A stretch of DNA of 64,000 nucleotides from contig NC_043023.1 in assembly GCF_006345805.1 (NCBI RefSeq), forward strand, positions 2,232,001 to 2,296,000. Direction: 5' to 3'. The position numbers and the translations under genes are program-made. The notes beneath the pieces are model-generated. The model made no database searches, was not told the origin of the DNA, and worked only from the letters and a program-made list of their open reading frames with translations. The stretch is from Octopus sinensis. Lineage: Eukaryota. Below, one piece after another: positions 23,050 through 35,546 of this stretch. Positions within the stretch are counted from its first letter, which is position 1; each line of letters begins with the position of its first letter.

Positions 23050-23449
23050 TCTAAATTAAAACCTTTCTTCAAAATTTCTTGCTAATTGTGTCCCACTACC
23101 CAGCTTAATAATGACTAAGCAATTTTAAGAAATTCTTCATTGCTTTACTCTTTTACTTGTTTCAGTCATTTGACTGTGGCCATGCTGGACCACCGCCTGT
23201 AGTCGAGCAAATCGACCCCAGGACTTATTCCTTGTAAGCCTTGTACATATTCTATTGGTCTCTTTTGCCGAACAGCAACAGTTGTCATGTGATGTTGGTG
23301 GGGAGAAACACAAACATATACACACACACACATACATACATAATATAATATGTAATTTTTCTGAATGGTATAATTTAATTTTTCATTATTGAATTGATAA
23401 AAGGTGCGTTTTTTTCTAATATATATATTTTTTATTTTAAAAAAATTTT

Positions 23450-23627
23450 TTTTACTTGTTTCAGTCATTTGACTGCGGCCATGCTGGAGCACCGCCTTTA
23501 GACTTATCCTTTGTAAGCCCAGTACTTATTCCATCGGTCTCTTTTGCCGAACCGCTAAGTAACGGGGACGTAAACACACCAGCATCGGTTGTCAAGCAAT
23601 GCTAGGGGGACAAACACAGACACACAA

Positions 23628-23658
<31 letters not shown>

Positions 23659-23829
23659 CATATATACGACAGGCTTCTATCAGTTTCTGTCTACCAAATC
23701 CACTCACAAGGCATTGGTCGGCCCGGGGCTATAGCAGAAGACACTTGCCCAAGATGCCACGCAGTGGGACTGAACCCGGAACCATGTGGTTGTTTAGCAA
23801 GCTACTTACCACACAGCCACTCCTGCGCC
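23450..23829 (-). mobile_element. SINE-A, full length (tail fragment at 23140-23330, head at 23925-24085)
   Basis: All modules on the minus strand. Confidence 0.9.
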
Positions 23830-24184
23830 TATATTTTGTGAAATTTGATTTAGTATTTCTAAATTGAATTTTTCCCTATAAGTTTGGAATAATATATATA
23901 TATATATATATATACATATATACAATGGGCTTCTTTCAGTTTCCATCTACGAAATCCATTCAAAAGGCTTTGGTCGGCCTGAGGCTATATTAGAAGACAC
24001 TTGCCCAAGGTGCCACGCAGTGGGACTGACCTCAGAACCATGTGATTGGTAAGCAAGCTACTTACCACACAGCTACTCCTGCACCTATAAAATCTAAGAC
24101 ATAACTGCTTCTCCTAAAAGAGTCCAAAATCTTCTGGAATATACGTCATACATACTCATGCAGTGACAGGTGAGAAAATTGTAT

Positions 24185-25245
24185 TGATCCTAGGTGTGTT
24201 TGATCATGATAGACCATGGGCTAAAAAGCAACAACAACAACAACAACTATACACTGGATAATGAAGTCCTAGATATACCATGTCTGAATAAAAGATGGGA
24301 TGGTCATGGCTGGAACATCTTTGATCATAGGTCTGTTGGATTGGGAGTGACCTAGGGCTAAACAATAATAACAACTATAGCTTCTATTACCATTTACTGT
24401 ACATTAGATACTGTAGTCCTAGATACACTATGTCTGAATAAAAGATGGGATGGGCATAGCTGGAACATCTTTGATCATAGGTCTGTTGGATTGGGAGTGA
24501 CCTAGGGCTAAACAATAATAACAACTATAGCTTCTATTACCATTTACTATACATATGATACTGTAGTCCTAGATACACTATGTCTGAATAAAAGATGGGA
24601 TGGTCATGGCTGGAACATCTTTGATCATAGGTCTGTTGGATTGGGAGTGACCTAGGGCTAAACAATAATAACAACTATAGCTTCTATTACCATTTACTGT
24701 ACATTAGATAGTGTAGTCCTAGATACACTATGCCTGAATAAAAGATGGGATGGTTACTAATGGAACGTCTTTGAACATAGATCTGTCACATCAGGACTGA
24801 CCTGGGGCTAAAAAAACAAAGCCACTAATACTAAATACTATATTATACATTAGCTGATGTAGTCCTAGATACACTAGGTCTGAATAAGAGAAGTTATGAT
24901 CACAAATGGAACATCTATGATCATAGGTCTTCTGGTTCCTGACTGACCTGGGGTTAAACAACAACAGCAGCTATAACCACTAATACTAACTATTATATGA
25001 TGTTTTTTGATAATTTAGTCCAAGGTACACTATGCCTGTAGAAGAGACAGGATGGTCATATTTGGAACGTCTTTGATCATAGGTTTTCCGAGTTAGGACT
25101 GACCTAGGGCTAAACAACAGCAACAGCTATAGCCACTGACACTAACTAGAATATTATACATTAGATAATGTACTCCTAGATACACTATGCCTGAACAAAA
25201 GATGGGGTGGTCACAGCTGGAACACCTTTGATCAAAGATCAGCAG
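24185..25245. repeat. ~150-bp tandem repeat (family G), about 7 units
   Basis: Anchor AGAT/AGGT at 24271, 24421, 24571, 24721, 24867, 25023, 25178; inverted copies at ~39170-39465. Confidence 0.9.
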
Positions 25246-25529
25246 CAACAACCTCATATCTACAATACAAGCAGCAACAGTCTCCCCATGCCCACCCTAC
25301 CAAAAAAAAAAAAGACCCCACGACCCCCACCTCCACATTTGCCACTGAAGCAGCAGGCTCAGTCTAACCAGCTAACATAGGGTCACACCCTGACATGGCA
25401 GACATTTGTTAAATTGAAATAGAAGAGTCGATAACATCTATCTGATGAAATGTTGGGCTGAGGCCAGAATGGATGACCTCCATCCACTCAACAACACCAA
25501 TGGGGAAAATAGGAAAGAACCGGTAAAAC

Positions 25530-26300
25530 TTGTTTAATTTCATCTTCTTCTTCTTTCAATTCTTCTTCTTCTTCTTCTTCTTCTTCTTCTTCTTCTTCTT
25601 CTTCTTCTTTTTCTTCTTCCAATTCTTCTTCTTCTTCTTCTTCTTCCAATTCTTCTTCTTCTTCTTTCAATTTTTCTTCTTCTTCTTTCAATTTTTCTTC
25701 TTCTTCTTTCAATTTTTCTTCTTCTTCTTTCAATTCTTCTTCTTCTTCTTCTTCTTCTTCTTCTTCTTCTTCTTCTTTTCTTCTTCCAATTCTTCTTCTT
25801 CTTCTTCTTCTTCTTCCAATTCTTCTTCTTCTTCTTTCAATTTTTCTTCTTCTTCTTCCAATTCTTCTTCTTCTTCTTTCAATTTTTCTTCTTCTTCTTC
25901 CAATTCTTCTTCTTCTTCTTTCAATTTTTCTTCTTCTTCTTCTTTTTCTTCTTCTTCTTCTTCTTCTTCTTCTTCTTCTTCTTCTCCTTCTCCTTCTTTC
26001 AATTCTTCTTCCTCCTCTTCTTCTTCTTCTTCTTCTTCTTCTTCTTCTTCTCCTTCGTCTTCTTCCCCTCCTCCTCCTCCTCCTTCTTCTGTTTCTTTCT
26101 TTCTTTCTTTCTTTCTTTTCCCCCTTCTAACTATTGCTGTTCTTTCTTTCTGTTCTTGTTATTAGCCTTCTTCTTCCAATTCTCTTCTTCTTCTTCTTCG
26201 TTTCCCTCTTCATATTCTTCTTCCACTTTCTCTTCATCATTTCCTTCTTCTTTCTCTTCTTTCTCCAATTCTTCTTCTTATTTTCTTTCTATTTCTTCCC
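25530..26300. repeat. (TTC)n array with AAT interruptions
   Basis: Direct inspection; a complementary (GAA/GGA)n block lies at 59560-60080. Confidence 0.95.
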
Positions 26301-26585
26301 CCCCCCCAATCTCCTACTTCCAAGTCACCTTTTTACACAGTTCATCAACATCACAGACAGCATCATCATCATCAATTGTTTCCCCCTCCCCACTTCTCAT
26401 TCGTATCATCATCATCATCATTGCAGTTGCTTCAGTGCCAGAATCTAAGATCTTTGTGATAAGAATCTGTGTATGAATCAGCAATGTGTATTTGTATGTG
26501 TCTATACACTCAGAGTATATATACAATAAATAAATATGTGTGTGTGTGTGTATATATATATATACATGTGTGTGTGTGTGTGTGT

Positions 26586-26897
26586 GAAGGTGCAATGGCC
26601 CAGTGGTTAGGGCAGCAGACTCTCGGTCGGAGGATCGCAGTTTTGATTCTCAAACCGGGCGTTGGGAGTGTTTATTGAGCGAAAACACCTAAAAGCCCCA
26701 TGAGGCTCTGGCAGGGGATGGTGGCGATCCCTGTTGTACTCTTTCGTCACAACTTTCTCTCACTCTCTCTTCCTGTTTCTTGAGTAACTCTGCGATGGAC
26801 TGGCGTCCCGTCCAGCTGGGGGGAACACATATGCCATAGAAACCGGGAAACTGGGCCCATGAGCCTGGCTAGGCTTGAAAAGAGTGCATAAATAAAA
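26586..26897 (+). mobile_element. SINE-D with alternative tail 2
   Basis: Head and body as in 4915-5321; tail CTGCGATGGACTGGCGTCCCGTCCAG...GAAACCGGG. Confidence 0.85.
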
Positions 26898-26922
26898 TGA
26901 TATATATATATTATTATTATTA

Positions 26923-27690
26923 TTTCTAAATCTCTCTAAAGGAGATTATGGCAGCAGTACTGGATATTAATAGTTATCACCAAGCTAATGTGGCAGTCCA
27001 GAAATATAGGACGAATGCTGCCATTGATTAGCTTCAAGAGGCCATCACCTCTAGCTAGCTATGTGACACACAAACCTGTGTCCATTATAACCTTCAAACA
27101 GGGGAGGTTAGCTGCTTCCCCTTTCTAGTCAAGCAGCCCCTTTCTAGTCAAGAAGAAGGAAAGGATGAAGAGAAAGTGGAAGAAGAATATGAAGAAGGAA
27201 AAGAAGAAGAAGAAGAAGGAAAAGGGTATTTGCCCTTTATCAATGCAGAGTAGCCAAACCCAGCAAGCGTCACTACTGACCGTCTGTTCGAAGGATTATT
27301 TACCTAAATTCAGTGGAATACATCCACTGGTTTTCAAAATTAGAAATATTATTATTTCTAAGTCTCTCTAAAGGAGACTACAGCAGCAGTACTGGAAATT
27401 AACAGTTATCGCCAAGCTAATATGGCAGTCCAGAAATATAAGACAAATGCTACAGTTAGTAGCAACGCCTGCTGGTTCGGCTGCTCTGCATTGATAAGGG
27501 GCAAATAGCCTGAAACTAGGTGCAGATACCTGACCAGCAAAGGGAAGCGGCTGACCTCCCCTGTTCGAAGGTTATAATGGACACAGATTCAAGTGTCATA
27601 TAGCTAGCTAGAGGTGATGGCCTCTTGGAGCTAATCAATGGCAGCATTCATCCTATATTTCTGGACTGCCATATTAGCTTATCAATAGGG
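26923..27690. repeat. Cluster of three copies of unclassified repeat I (two direct, one inverted)
   Basis: 26923-27120 (+27228-27285), 27355-27455, and an inverted copy 27455-27690 share AAGCTAAT.TGGCAGTCCAGAAATATAG. Confidence 0.8.
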
Positions 27691-27977
27691 TAATTACTAA
27701 ACTTACAAAGAATAAGTCCTGGGGTCGATTTCCTCGACTAAAGGCGGTGCTCCAGCATGGCCGCAGTCAAAGACTGATACAAGTAAAAGAATATGATATC
27801 TGTTTTTCCATGCTGGCATGAGTTGGACTGTTCATCAGGCACCAAAGAGTTGGAGGACTGCATTGATCTCAAATGTCTGTTTTGTTTTGGCCACCAATTT
27901 TCTTCAGTGCCCCCCTCCCTCAGATCTTTCTACTGCCCCCAAGGGGACAGTACAGCTAACTTTGGGGACCACTGAAC

Positions 27978-28320
27978 TAAGGCAGAGAGCTGGCAGAAAC
28001 GTTAGCATGTCAGGCAAAATGCTTAACAGCATTTTGCCTTTCTTGGCATTCTCGGTTCAAATTCTGCTTGAGGGGTCGATAAAATAGGTTCAAGTTGAGC
28101 TCTGGGGGCTGGAGTGATTAACTTACCCCCTACGCTGAAATTGCTGGCCTTGTGCCAAAATTTGAAACCAATATCTAAGATGGTTACCTGGCAGAATTGG
28201 TAGCATGCTGGGCGAAAGGCTTAGCCACATTTCACCTGTCTTTACATTCTCAGTTCAAATTCTACTGAGGCCGATTTTATCTTTCACCATTTCGGGGCCA
28301 ATAAAACAAGTACCAGTTAA
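27978..28320 (+). mobile_element. Two tandem SINE-B copies
   Basis: Heads near 27980 and 28185; the second is interrupted by SINE-A and its tail resumes at ~28730-28775. Confidence 0.75.
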
Positions 28321-28324
28321 ACAC

Positions 28325-28730
28325 TCTCTTTACTCTCTTTCAGTCATTTGACTGTGGCCTTGCTGGAGCACTGCCTTTAATCGAGCAACTCGACCCCGGA
28401 ACTTATCCTTTTGTAAGCCCAGTACTTATTCTATCGGTCTCTTTTGCCGAACCGCTAAGTAACGGGGACATAAACACACCAGCATCGGTTGTCAAGCAAT
28501 GCTAGGGGGACAAACACAGACACACAAACACATACACACACATACATATATATATATATACATATATACGACGGGCTTTTTTCAGTGTCCGTCTACCAAA
28601 TCCACTCACAAGGCTTTGGTCGGCCCGAGGCTATAGTAGAAGACATTTGCCCAAGGTGCCATGCAGTGGGACTGAACCCAGAACCATGTGGTTGGTAAAC
28701 AAGCTACTTTACCACACAGCCACTCCTGCA
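28325..28730 (-). mobile_element. SINE-A, full length
   Basis: All modules on the minus strand. Confidence 0.9.
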
Positions 28731-29030
28731 GGGTGTCGATGAAATTGCAGGCCTTGTGCCAAAATTTGAAACCATTATTATGCTTTTTATATTACATTAT
28801 ATCCCTCCTGAGACTATGCAAAACAATATCTGAATGCACAATGCTGGGAGTTTAGCATGAAGAAGAACAAGAGTCGAAACCTGAATGGAGTAATTGTCCC
28901 GTTGAGTGTATCCAATCACGTGTGTGTAGATTAGTTATAGAATTCATTAGTATCTATGTACATCAACACATGATTGGTCCATAAAGTAACATAAATTTTT
29001 GATGAAAACTTTTAACTTAGATCACTTTAA

Positions 29031-29150
29031 CCCTTTAGTTACCATATTTCTGTTGAAATACACTTGACTTTGTTTCAATTGATTTTGAAAATAATGGTGG
29101 ATTTTGAAAATAAAGGTAAAATAACTTTGTCGTTATTAATCTGGTGGGAT
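29031..29150. mobile_element. MITE H terminal fragment
   Basis: TTAA|CCCTTTAGTTACCATATTTCTGTTG matches the reverse complement of 21290-21372. Confidence 0.7.
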
Positions 29151-29651
29151 CTATTCCATCTCAATCATGGATTTTTTAATTAATTTTTTTAACTAAACAG
29201 TTTGAAACTTCAAATGCTGGTAGAATTTCTCACATAGAATACAGTTTACTCTGAACGTTTTTGATAAAATTTTGTATTTTAGAAGTTATTTCATGTTAAA
29301 GTTGTTGTATTTGGGTAATTTCAACCAATCAATGTTGTGTAAGAAAGCTACTGCTGTTTACGATAGTAATTGAAGAGGAACAACTTCTGGGTCATCTCTG
29401 CTAAATGTCACCACTCTGTTCGAAGAATCAACACCAAGAAGGAAGAAATATTATTTACATATATTTATTCATTTATTCGTTTGCCCAACATCAGTATTTT
29501 ATCCACACATAAAGCACACCGGTGTTTAAAAGAGCAACAAGTCCGCTTTTTTGTTGTTGACGTATATGTTCTTTCAAAATGCCTTATTTTACAACTATGA
29601 GATGAATTGCTATTGTCTTGATTTTATCTTACTATAATCAACAACATATAT

Positions 29652-30049
29652 GCGCAGGAGTGGCTGTGTGGTAAGTAGCTTGTTTACCAACCACATGGTT
29701 CCGGGTTCAGTCCCACTGCGTGGCACCTTGGTAAGTGTCTTCTCCTATAACCTCGGGCTGACCAAAGCCTTGTGAGTGGATTTGGTAGACGGAAACTGAA
29801 AGAAGCCCATCGTATATATGTATATATATATATATGTTTGTGTGTCTGTGTTTGTCCCCCTAGCATTGCTTGACAACCAATGCTGGTGTGTTTATGTCCC
29901 CGTTACTTAGCACTTCGGCAAAAGAGACCGATAGAATAAGTACTGGGCTTACAAAAGAATAAGTCCCGGGGTCGAGTTGCTCGATTAAAGGTGGTGCTCC
30001 AGCATGGCTGCAGTCAAATGACTGAAACAACTAAAAGAGTAAAAGAGTA
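29652..30049 (+). mobile_element. SINE-A, full length
   Basis: All modules present. Confidence 0.9.
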
Positions 30050-30397
30050 ACAAACAGATTTGCTCAATATAAAAGTCTTTATTAGATAAAAAAAGATAAC
30101 ATTATCAAAACTTGAAGGTAAAACAAAGCAAATAGTGGTTTATACACTGGAAAATATGGTAATTGTAGTGACAGTGACAAGTTGCTTGCTGGTTGCTAGT
30201 TGATAGTGTAGAAGGGAGGGAAAGAGTAAGGAATGCACGGTGCTGACTAGAAAGGATAAAGGTAGCATCGACTTCACTCGCCATTATGTAATATAATTTT
30301 TCTGAATCTTCAGATTTTTCAATATGCTAGGCCGCTGGTTTTAATTTGATATTAAACAAATTAATATTCAATTTTTCATCCTTATTATTTAAATTTA

Positions 30398-30610
30398 TAC
30401 TCTTTTACTCTTTACTCTTCTACTTGTTTCAGTCATTTGACTGCAGCCATGCTGGAGCACCGCCTTTAGTCGAGCAAATCGAACCCAGGATTATTCTTTG
30501 TAAGCCTAGTACTTATTCTATTGGTCTCTTTTGCCAAACTGCTAAGTTACGGGGACCTAAACACACCAGCATCAGTTGTCAAGTGATGTTGGGGGGACAA
30601 ACATACACAC

Positions 30611-30652
<42 letters not shown>

Positions 30653-30815
30653 CAACAGGCTTCTTCCAGTTTCCATCTACCAAAACCACTCACAAGGCTT
30701 TGGTCAGCCTGAGGCTATAGTAGAAGACACTTGCCCAAGGTGCCATGCAGTGGAACTGAACCCAGGACCCTGTGGTTGATAAGCAAGCTACTTACCATAC
30801 AGCCACTCCTGCACC
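30398..30815 (-). mobile_element. SINE-A, full length
   Basis: All modules on the minus strand. Confidence 0.9.
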
Positions 30816-30867
30816 TATATATGTGTGTGTATATATATATATATGTGTGTGTGTGTATATATATATA

Positions 30868-31036
30868 TATATAAGAAATTAAAAAAGGAAAATACGCACA
30901 CTTACATAGTTTTAATACAATTTTTAATATATCGACCGGTTTCGCTATTGCTATTCATTAAAATTTAAAATTAAAATTAAAAATTATATTAAAACTATGT
31001 AAGTGTGCGTATTTTCCTTTTTTAATTTCTTATATA
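30868..31036. mobile_element. Fold-back element with perfect 50-bp arms, probable PLE stub
   Basis: 30868-30917 versus 30987-31036 show no mismatch; the spacer carries GC(AATA)GC-GAAA-CCGG-TC on the minus strand. Confidence 0.7.
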
Positions 31037-31094
31037 CATTACAACTCACCTCGTGGGGATAATCGAAATTCCTCCTTTCTGTTACAACTATATA

Positions 31095-31128
<34 letters not shown>

Positions 31129-31134
31129 ATCCTT

Positions 31135-31445
31135 ATCATAAGGTTCCCTGTAGCTGATGCAGCCAGTCATTGTGCTGCCACTCCAGATGCTTTCATAGTC
31201 AACTGTTGCCATTGGTCTCTGTTCACATGTGCTTTGATTTGCTGAGTTGTGACCTGTTGAGGACTTGATGCTGTCAAATGAGGATTTGTGCCCTGCAGAT
31301 TGGTTTGGGACAGGGAGTTCTGAAACTGAAAGGATATGTGACCCTACCAGGCAAGATTCCTTCATTTTTACCTGTGAAAGGAATGGTTCCTCTGTACCAG
31401 TATATTCATAGACTTGCAGCTTGACAAAGCTGTCTAAATCCACAT
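31135..31445 (-). pseudogene. Possible ancient RTE LINE C-terminal remnant
   Basis: VYEYTGTEEPFLSQVK..LVGSHIL and, in another frame, IKAHVNRDQWQQL loosely follow the RTE C-terminal pattern; weak. Confidence 0.3.
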
Positions 31446-31634
31446 GATATAGACAGAGTCAAAAAACGAAAAGGCTTTGTATGGGAAGGCCCTTGCATTG
31501 GGTTAGAGTCACTCTTGTCACTCTCTCTCTCTCTCTCATTCTCTTACACCATTTTAAATGTAATAGAACGAGGACCATCTCAATAGAAATTCCAGTAACC
31601 AACAATTTAATATTATAATAACATTGATACATGG

Positions 31635-32012
31635 TGTAGGAGTGGCTGTGTGGTAAGTAGCTTGCTTACCAACCACATGGTTCTGGGTTCAGTCCCACTG
31701 CATGGCACCTTGGGCAAGTGTCTTCTACTATAGCCTTGGGCCAACAAAACCCTTGTGAGTGGATTTGGTAGACGGAAACTGAAAGAAGCCCGTCGTATTA
31801 TGTATGTGTGTGTGTGTGTGTATGTGTTTGTTCCCCCACCATCGCTTGACAACCGATGGAGTGTGTTTACGTCCCCGTAACTTAGCGGTTTGGCAAAAGA
31901 GACCGATAGAATAAGTACTCGGCTTACAAAGAATAAGTCCTGAGGTCGACTTCCTCAATTAAAGGCGGTGCTCCAGCATGGCCGCAGTCAAATGACTGAA
32001 ACAAGTAAAAGA
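31635..32012 (+). mobile_element. SINE-A, full length
   Basis: All modules present. Confidence 0.9.
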
Positions 32013-32395
32013 GAACGTGTAAAGAGTATACATAATTCTTTAGTGGTGTTCATGTTTGTCATGGTGGGAATAGTGCTAGTAGTAGTAGTAGTAGTGGTGG
32101 TGGTGGTGGTGATGGTGGTGCAAAGGGTGGATATGGTGTTGTTGGTGCAGGCAGTAGTGGTAGCGGTGGCAAGGAAATGGTAGGGGTGATGGTGATGGTG
32201 GTGGTAGTGGTGGTGGAGTATTTGAATAATTAGAATTTACTATGAACTATGATGCCCACACATGCATTGAAACTCCACTCCACCCACACACACATTTATA
32301 TGCATCAGTATATGTATCACATGTATGCATATACGCACATATACACACATATATTTATATACATCTATGCATGTATATATATACATATATATATT

Positions 32396-32433
<38 letters not shown>

Positions 32434-32443
32434 CATAGTATAT

Positions 32444-32524
<81 letters not shown>

Positions 32525-33266
32525 TATATATGTGGATATATATATGTATGTATATAGTTATCTGAGTTATCTGAAAGTGACTAGATATGTGGAAGATAAA
32601 TCATAATATAAATAATTTAAAATATACATTATATACCATATATACATACATATATATATATGTGTATATATATATATATATACACATATATTTATATACA
32701 CATATATTTATATACATATATATACATATATAAATATTTATATACATATATATATGTATGTATATATACATATGTATATATATATACACACATACACATA
32801 TTGTGGTTGCAGTGTGCTGGAAGCTAAGGTATGATATTTCCATCTCTAACCGCCCCTCTCACTGCAACCAACCAACCTCCCCTTGCATTACCCCCTCCTC
32901 CTCCTCCTCCTCCCTCCGCCCCCACCTTACGACACACTATTTTTATTCCACCAGCGAGCAGGTGATGATCGACAACAACAACAACAATGAATCGAGTGAG
33001 GTCCTGGCCTCAAGGTAAATCTTGTGAAATCCGAGTAAGAGTGGCAGCTCGGAATATGATGGAGGAGTTTAACCTCGGAGTTAACTTGGCTTCGACATCG
33101 GAAGGGAAGGATTTTGGTTTGTTAGGTGCAACAGAATGGTGGGGAGAGCAATCAGGGAGAGATGTCATTATTTGATAGGATTCCCTGCATGTATACATGT
33201 GTGTGTGTGTATACATACACCCATATAAGACAGATATATATATATATACTATATATATATATATAC

Positions 33267-33300
<34 letters not shown>

Positions 33301-33425
33301 TACATACATATATGTGTGTGTGTATAAATATATGTATGTATGTATATATATAATATATATATATATATATTATATATATACACACACACACATATATACA
33401 TACATATATGTGTGTGTGTGTTATA

Positions 33426-33462
<37 letters not shown>

Positions 33463-33534
33463 TATATATGAAGAGAGAGACTTATTTATATATACATACA
33501 TATATATATATGCATATCTATGTACATATATATA

Positions 33535-33645
33535 AGACCGGAGCCTGGTGCAGCCTTCTGGCTTCCCAGATCCCCCGTCAAACCGTCCAACCCATGCTAG
33601 CATGGAGAACGGACGTTGAACGATGATGATGATGATGATGATGTA
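33535..33645 (+). mobile_element. RTE family C 3' end, short 5'-truncated copy
   Basis: ...CCATGCTAGCATGG...GGACGTTGAACGATGATG. Other stubs at 34998-35180 (+), 45150-45435 (-), 49345-49395 (+). Confidence 0.8.
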
Positions 33646-33749
33646 CATGTACATACATAATTGCTTGCATACATATAAGTTTTGTCTGTCCGAATGTTTT
33701 AATGCCCTCTATTCTGTTTTTGTTCCATTTATATATATATTTATATTGT

Positions 33750-34130
33750 GGAGGTGCAATGACCCAGTGGGTAGGGCAGTGGACTTGTGGTCGTAGGATC
33801 ATGGTTTCGATTCCGAGATTGGGCATTGTGAGTATTTGTTAAGCGAAAACACCTTAAACTCCACAAGGATCCGGCAGGGGATGGTGGTGAACCCTGCTGT
33901 ACTCTTTCATCACAACTTTCTCTCACTCTTTCTTCCTGTTTCTGTTGTACCTGTATTTCAAAGAGGCCAGCCTTATCACACCCTGTGTCACCCTGAATCT
34001 CCCTGACAACTACGTTAAGGGTACACATGTCTGTGGAGTGCTCAGCCACTTGCATGTTAATTTTATGAGCAGGCTGTTCCATTGATCAGATCAACTGGAA
34101 CCCTCGTCGTCGTAACCCATAGAGTGCCAT
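33750..34130 (+). mobile_element. SINE-D with alternative tail 3
   Basis: Head and body shared to CTTCCTGTTTCT, then an unrelated ~190-bp tail. Confidence 0.8.
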
Positions 34131-34253
34131 GATATACATATTATCTTCTATCTTTTCCTTGCTTCTGCCATTAATCAGCATAGCTACAGACTAATTATTG
34201 AAACCAGTAAACGATAAAAGATAATAGATACTCTTATGCATGTATGTGTATAT

Positions 34254-34290
<37 letters not shown>

Positions 34291-35215
34291 CAAGAGAGAG
34301 GGAAGTGGCTTGCTTCCCAACCACATGATTCCAGGTTCAGTCCCACTGCGTGGCACCTTGCCCGAGTGTCTTCTACTATAGCCTACGGCAGATCATTGCC
34401 TTGCAATTGGATTCGGTGGATGGAAACTGAAAGAAGCCTGCCATCTATTTATCTGTCCGGCCCTGACCTTTTGCTCACTTCTTTCAGGATACTGAATACT
34501 CTTATGACTTATCTCTGTTATGTACAAATGGTAAAAAAGGGGTTAAGACCTCCTTTGGTCATGAATGACCATGGGATTTCACCTAGAAAGTTACCCTGCA
34601 AGGCACAAGTCCAGGCAAGGTTGTTTGTAGAAGACCAACAGTCACCCATAGATACTTGCTTCCCTTCTCCATGCCATTATATGTACATTAGGTAAAAGGT
34701 AAAGACAACCTGGTCTGAGAATTGAACTCAGTACCTTGTGATTGTGAGCCTGACACTAACCCCTGAGACGAAATACCTATTTCTTTACCATGTGGTTGGG
34801 AAGCAAGCTTCTTATCACACAGTAACACCTGCACCTATGTGTGTGTGTGTGTGTGTGTTTCCCCCTCCCCCACCTGTTGACAGTGAGTGTTGGTATGTTT
34901 ACATCCCCATAACTTAGCGATTCTGCAAAAGAGGCTGATAGAATAAGTGCCAAGTTTAGAAGAAAATATTTATTACCGGGTTCAATTCTTTTGACTCAAA
35001 GCACCCACTACACTCTCTGAGTGGTTGGCATTAGGAAGGGCATCGAGCTGTAGAAACTCTGCCAGATCAGATTGGAGTCTGGTGCAGCCTCCTGGCTCTT
35101 CAGACCTCAGTCAAACCGTCCAACCCATGCCAGCATAGAAAGCGGACGTTAAACGATGATGACAATGATGATGATGAAGATGACATATCAATACATATAT
35201 ATACACACTTACATA

Positions 35216-35273
<58 letters not shown>

Positions 35274-35546
35274 CACACTTACATACATACATACATATAT
35301 AGGGTGATAGATATAGATATAAGGATACAGATATTGTGTCATACAGCCAGCTGGAAACGATGTTTCCTGGGGCTAAACAACAGTAACAACCATCCCATCC
35401 AGGACAGCCACATTATGTTGGTAAACAACCTTTATTTTAAAGAACTATTGCTGAATATCTCTCTTTGAGAGATTTAGAAATGATAAGGTTTCTGTTTATA
35501 TATACAAACTTACACACACAAATATACACACACTCATGAACATATA

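Noticed and set aside
24288-24300. ATAAAAGATGGG shared by satellite G and element F
   Set aside because: Only 12 bp with no extendable alignment; not enough to claim homology.
24185-25245. 150-bp and 184-bp tandem arrays as CRISPR arrays or retrozymes
   Set aside because: No unique spacers or cas genes, the context is eukaryotic, and I found no hammerhead core in either unit.
25488-26165. Poly-Glu/Lys and poly-Phe/Ser ORFs
   Set aside because: Artefacts of the (TTC)n array.
26586-26665. tRNA genes at SINE-A, -B and -D heads
   Set aside because: A and B boxes are present, but there is no complete cloverleaf or acceptor stem, and they run into repeat bodies.
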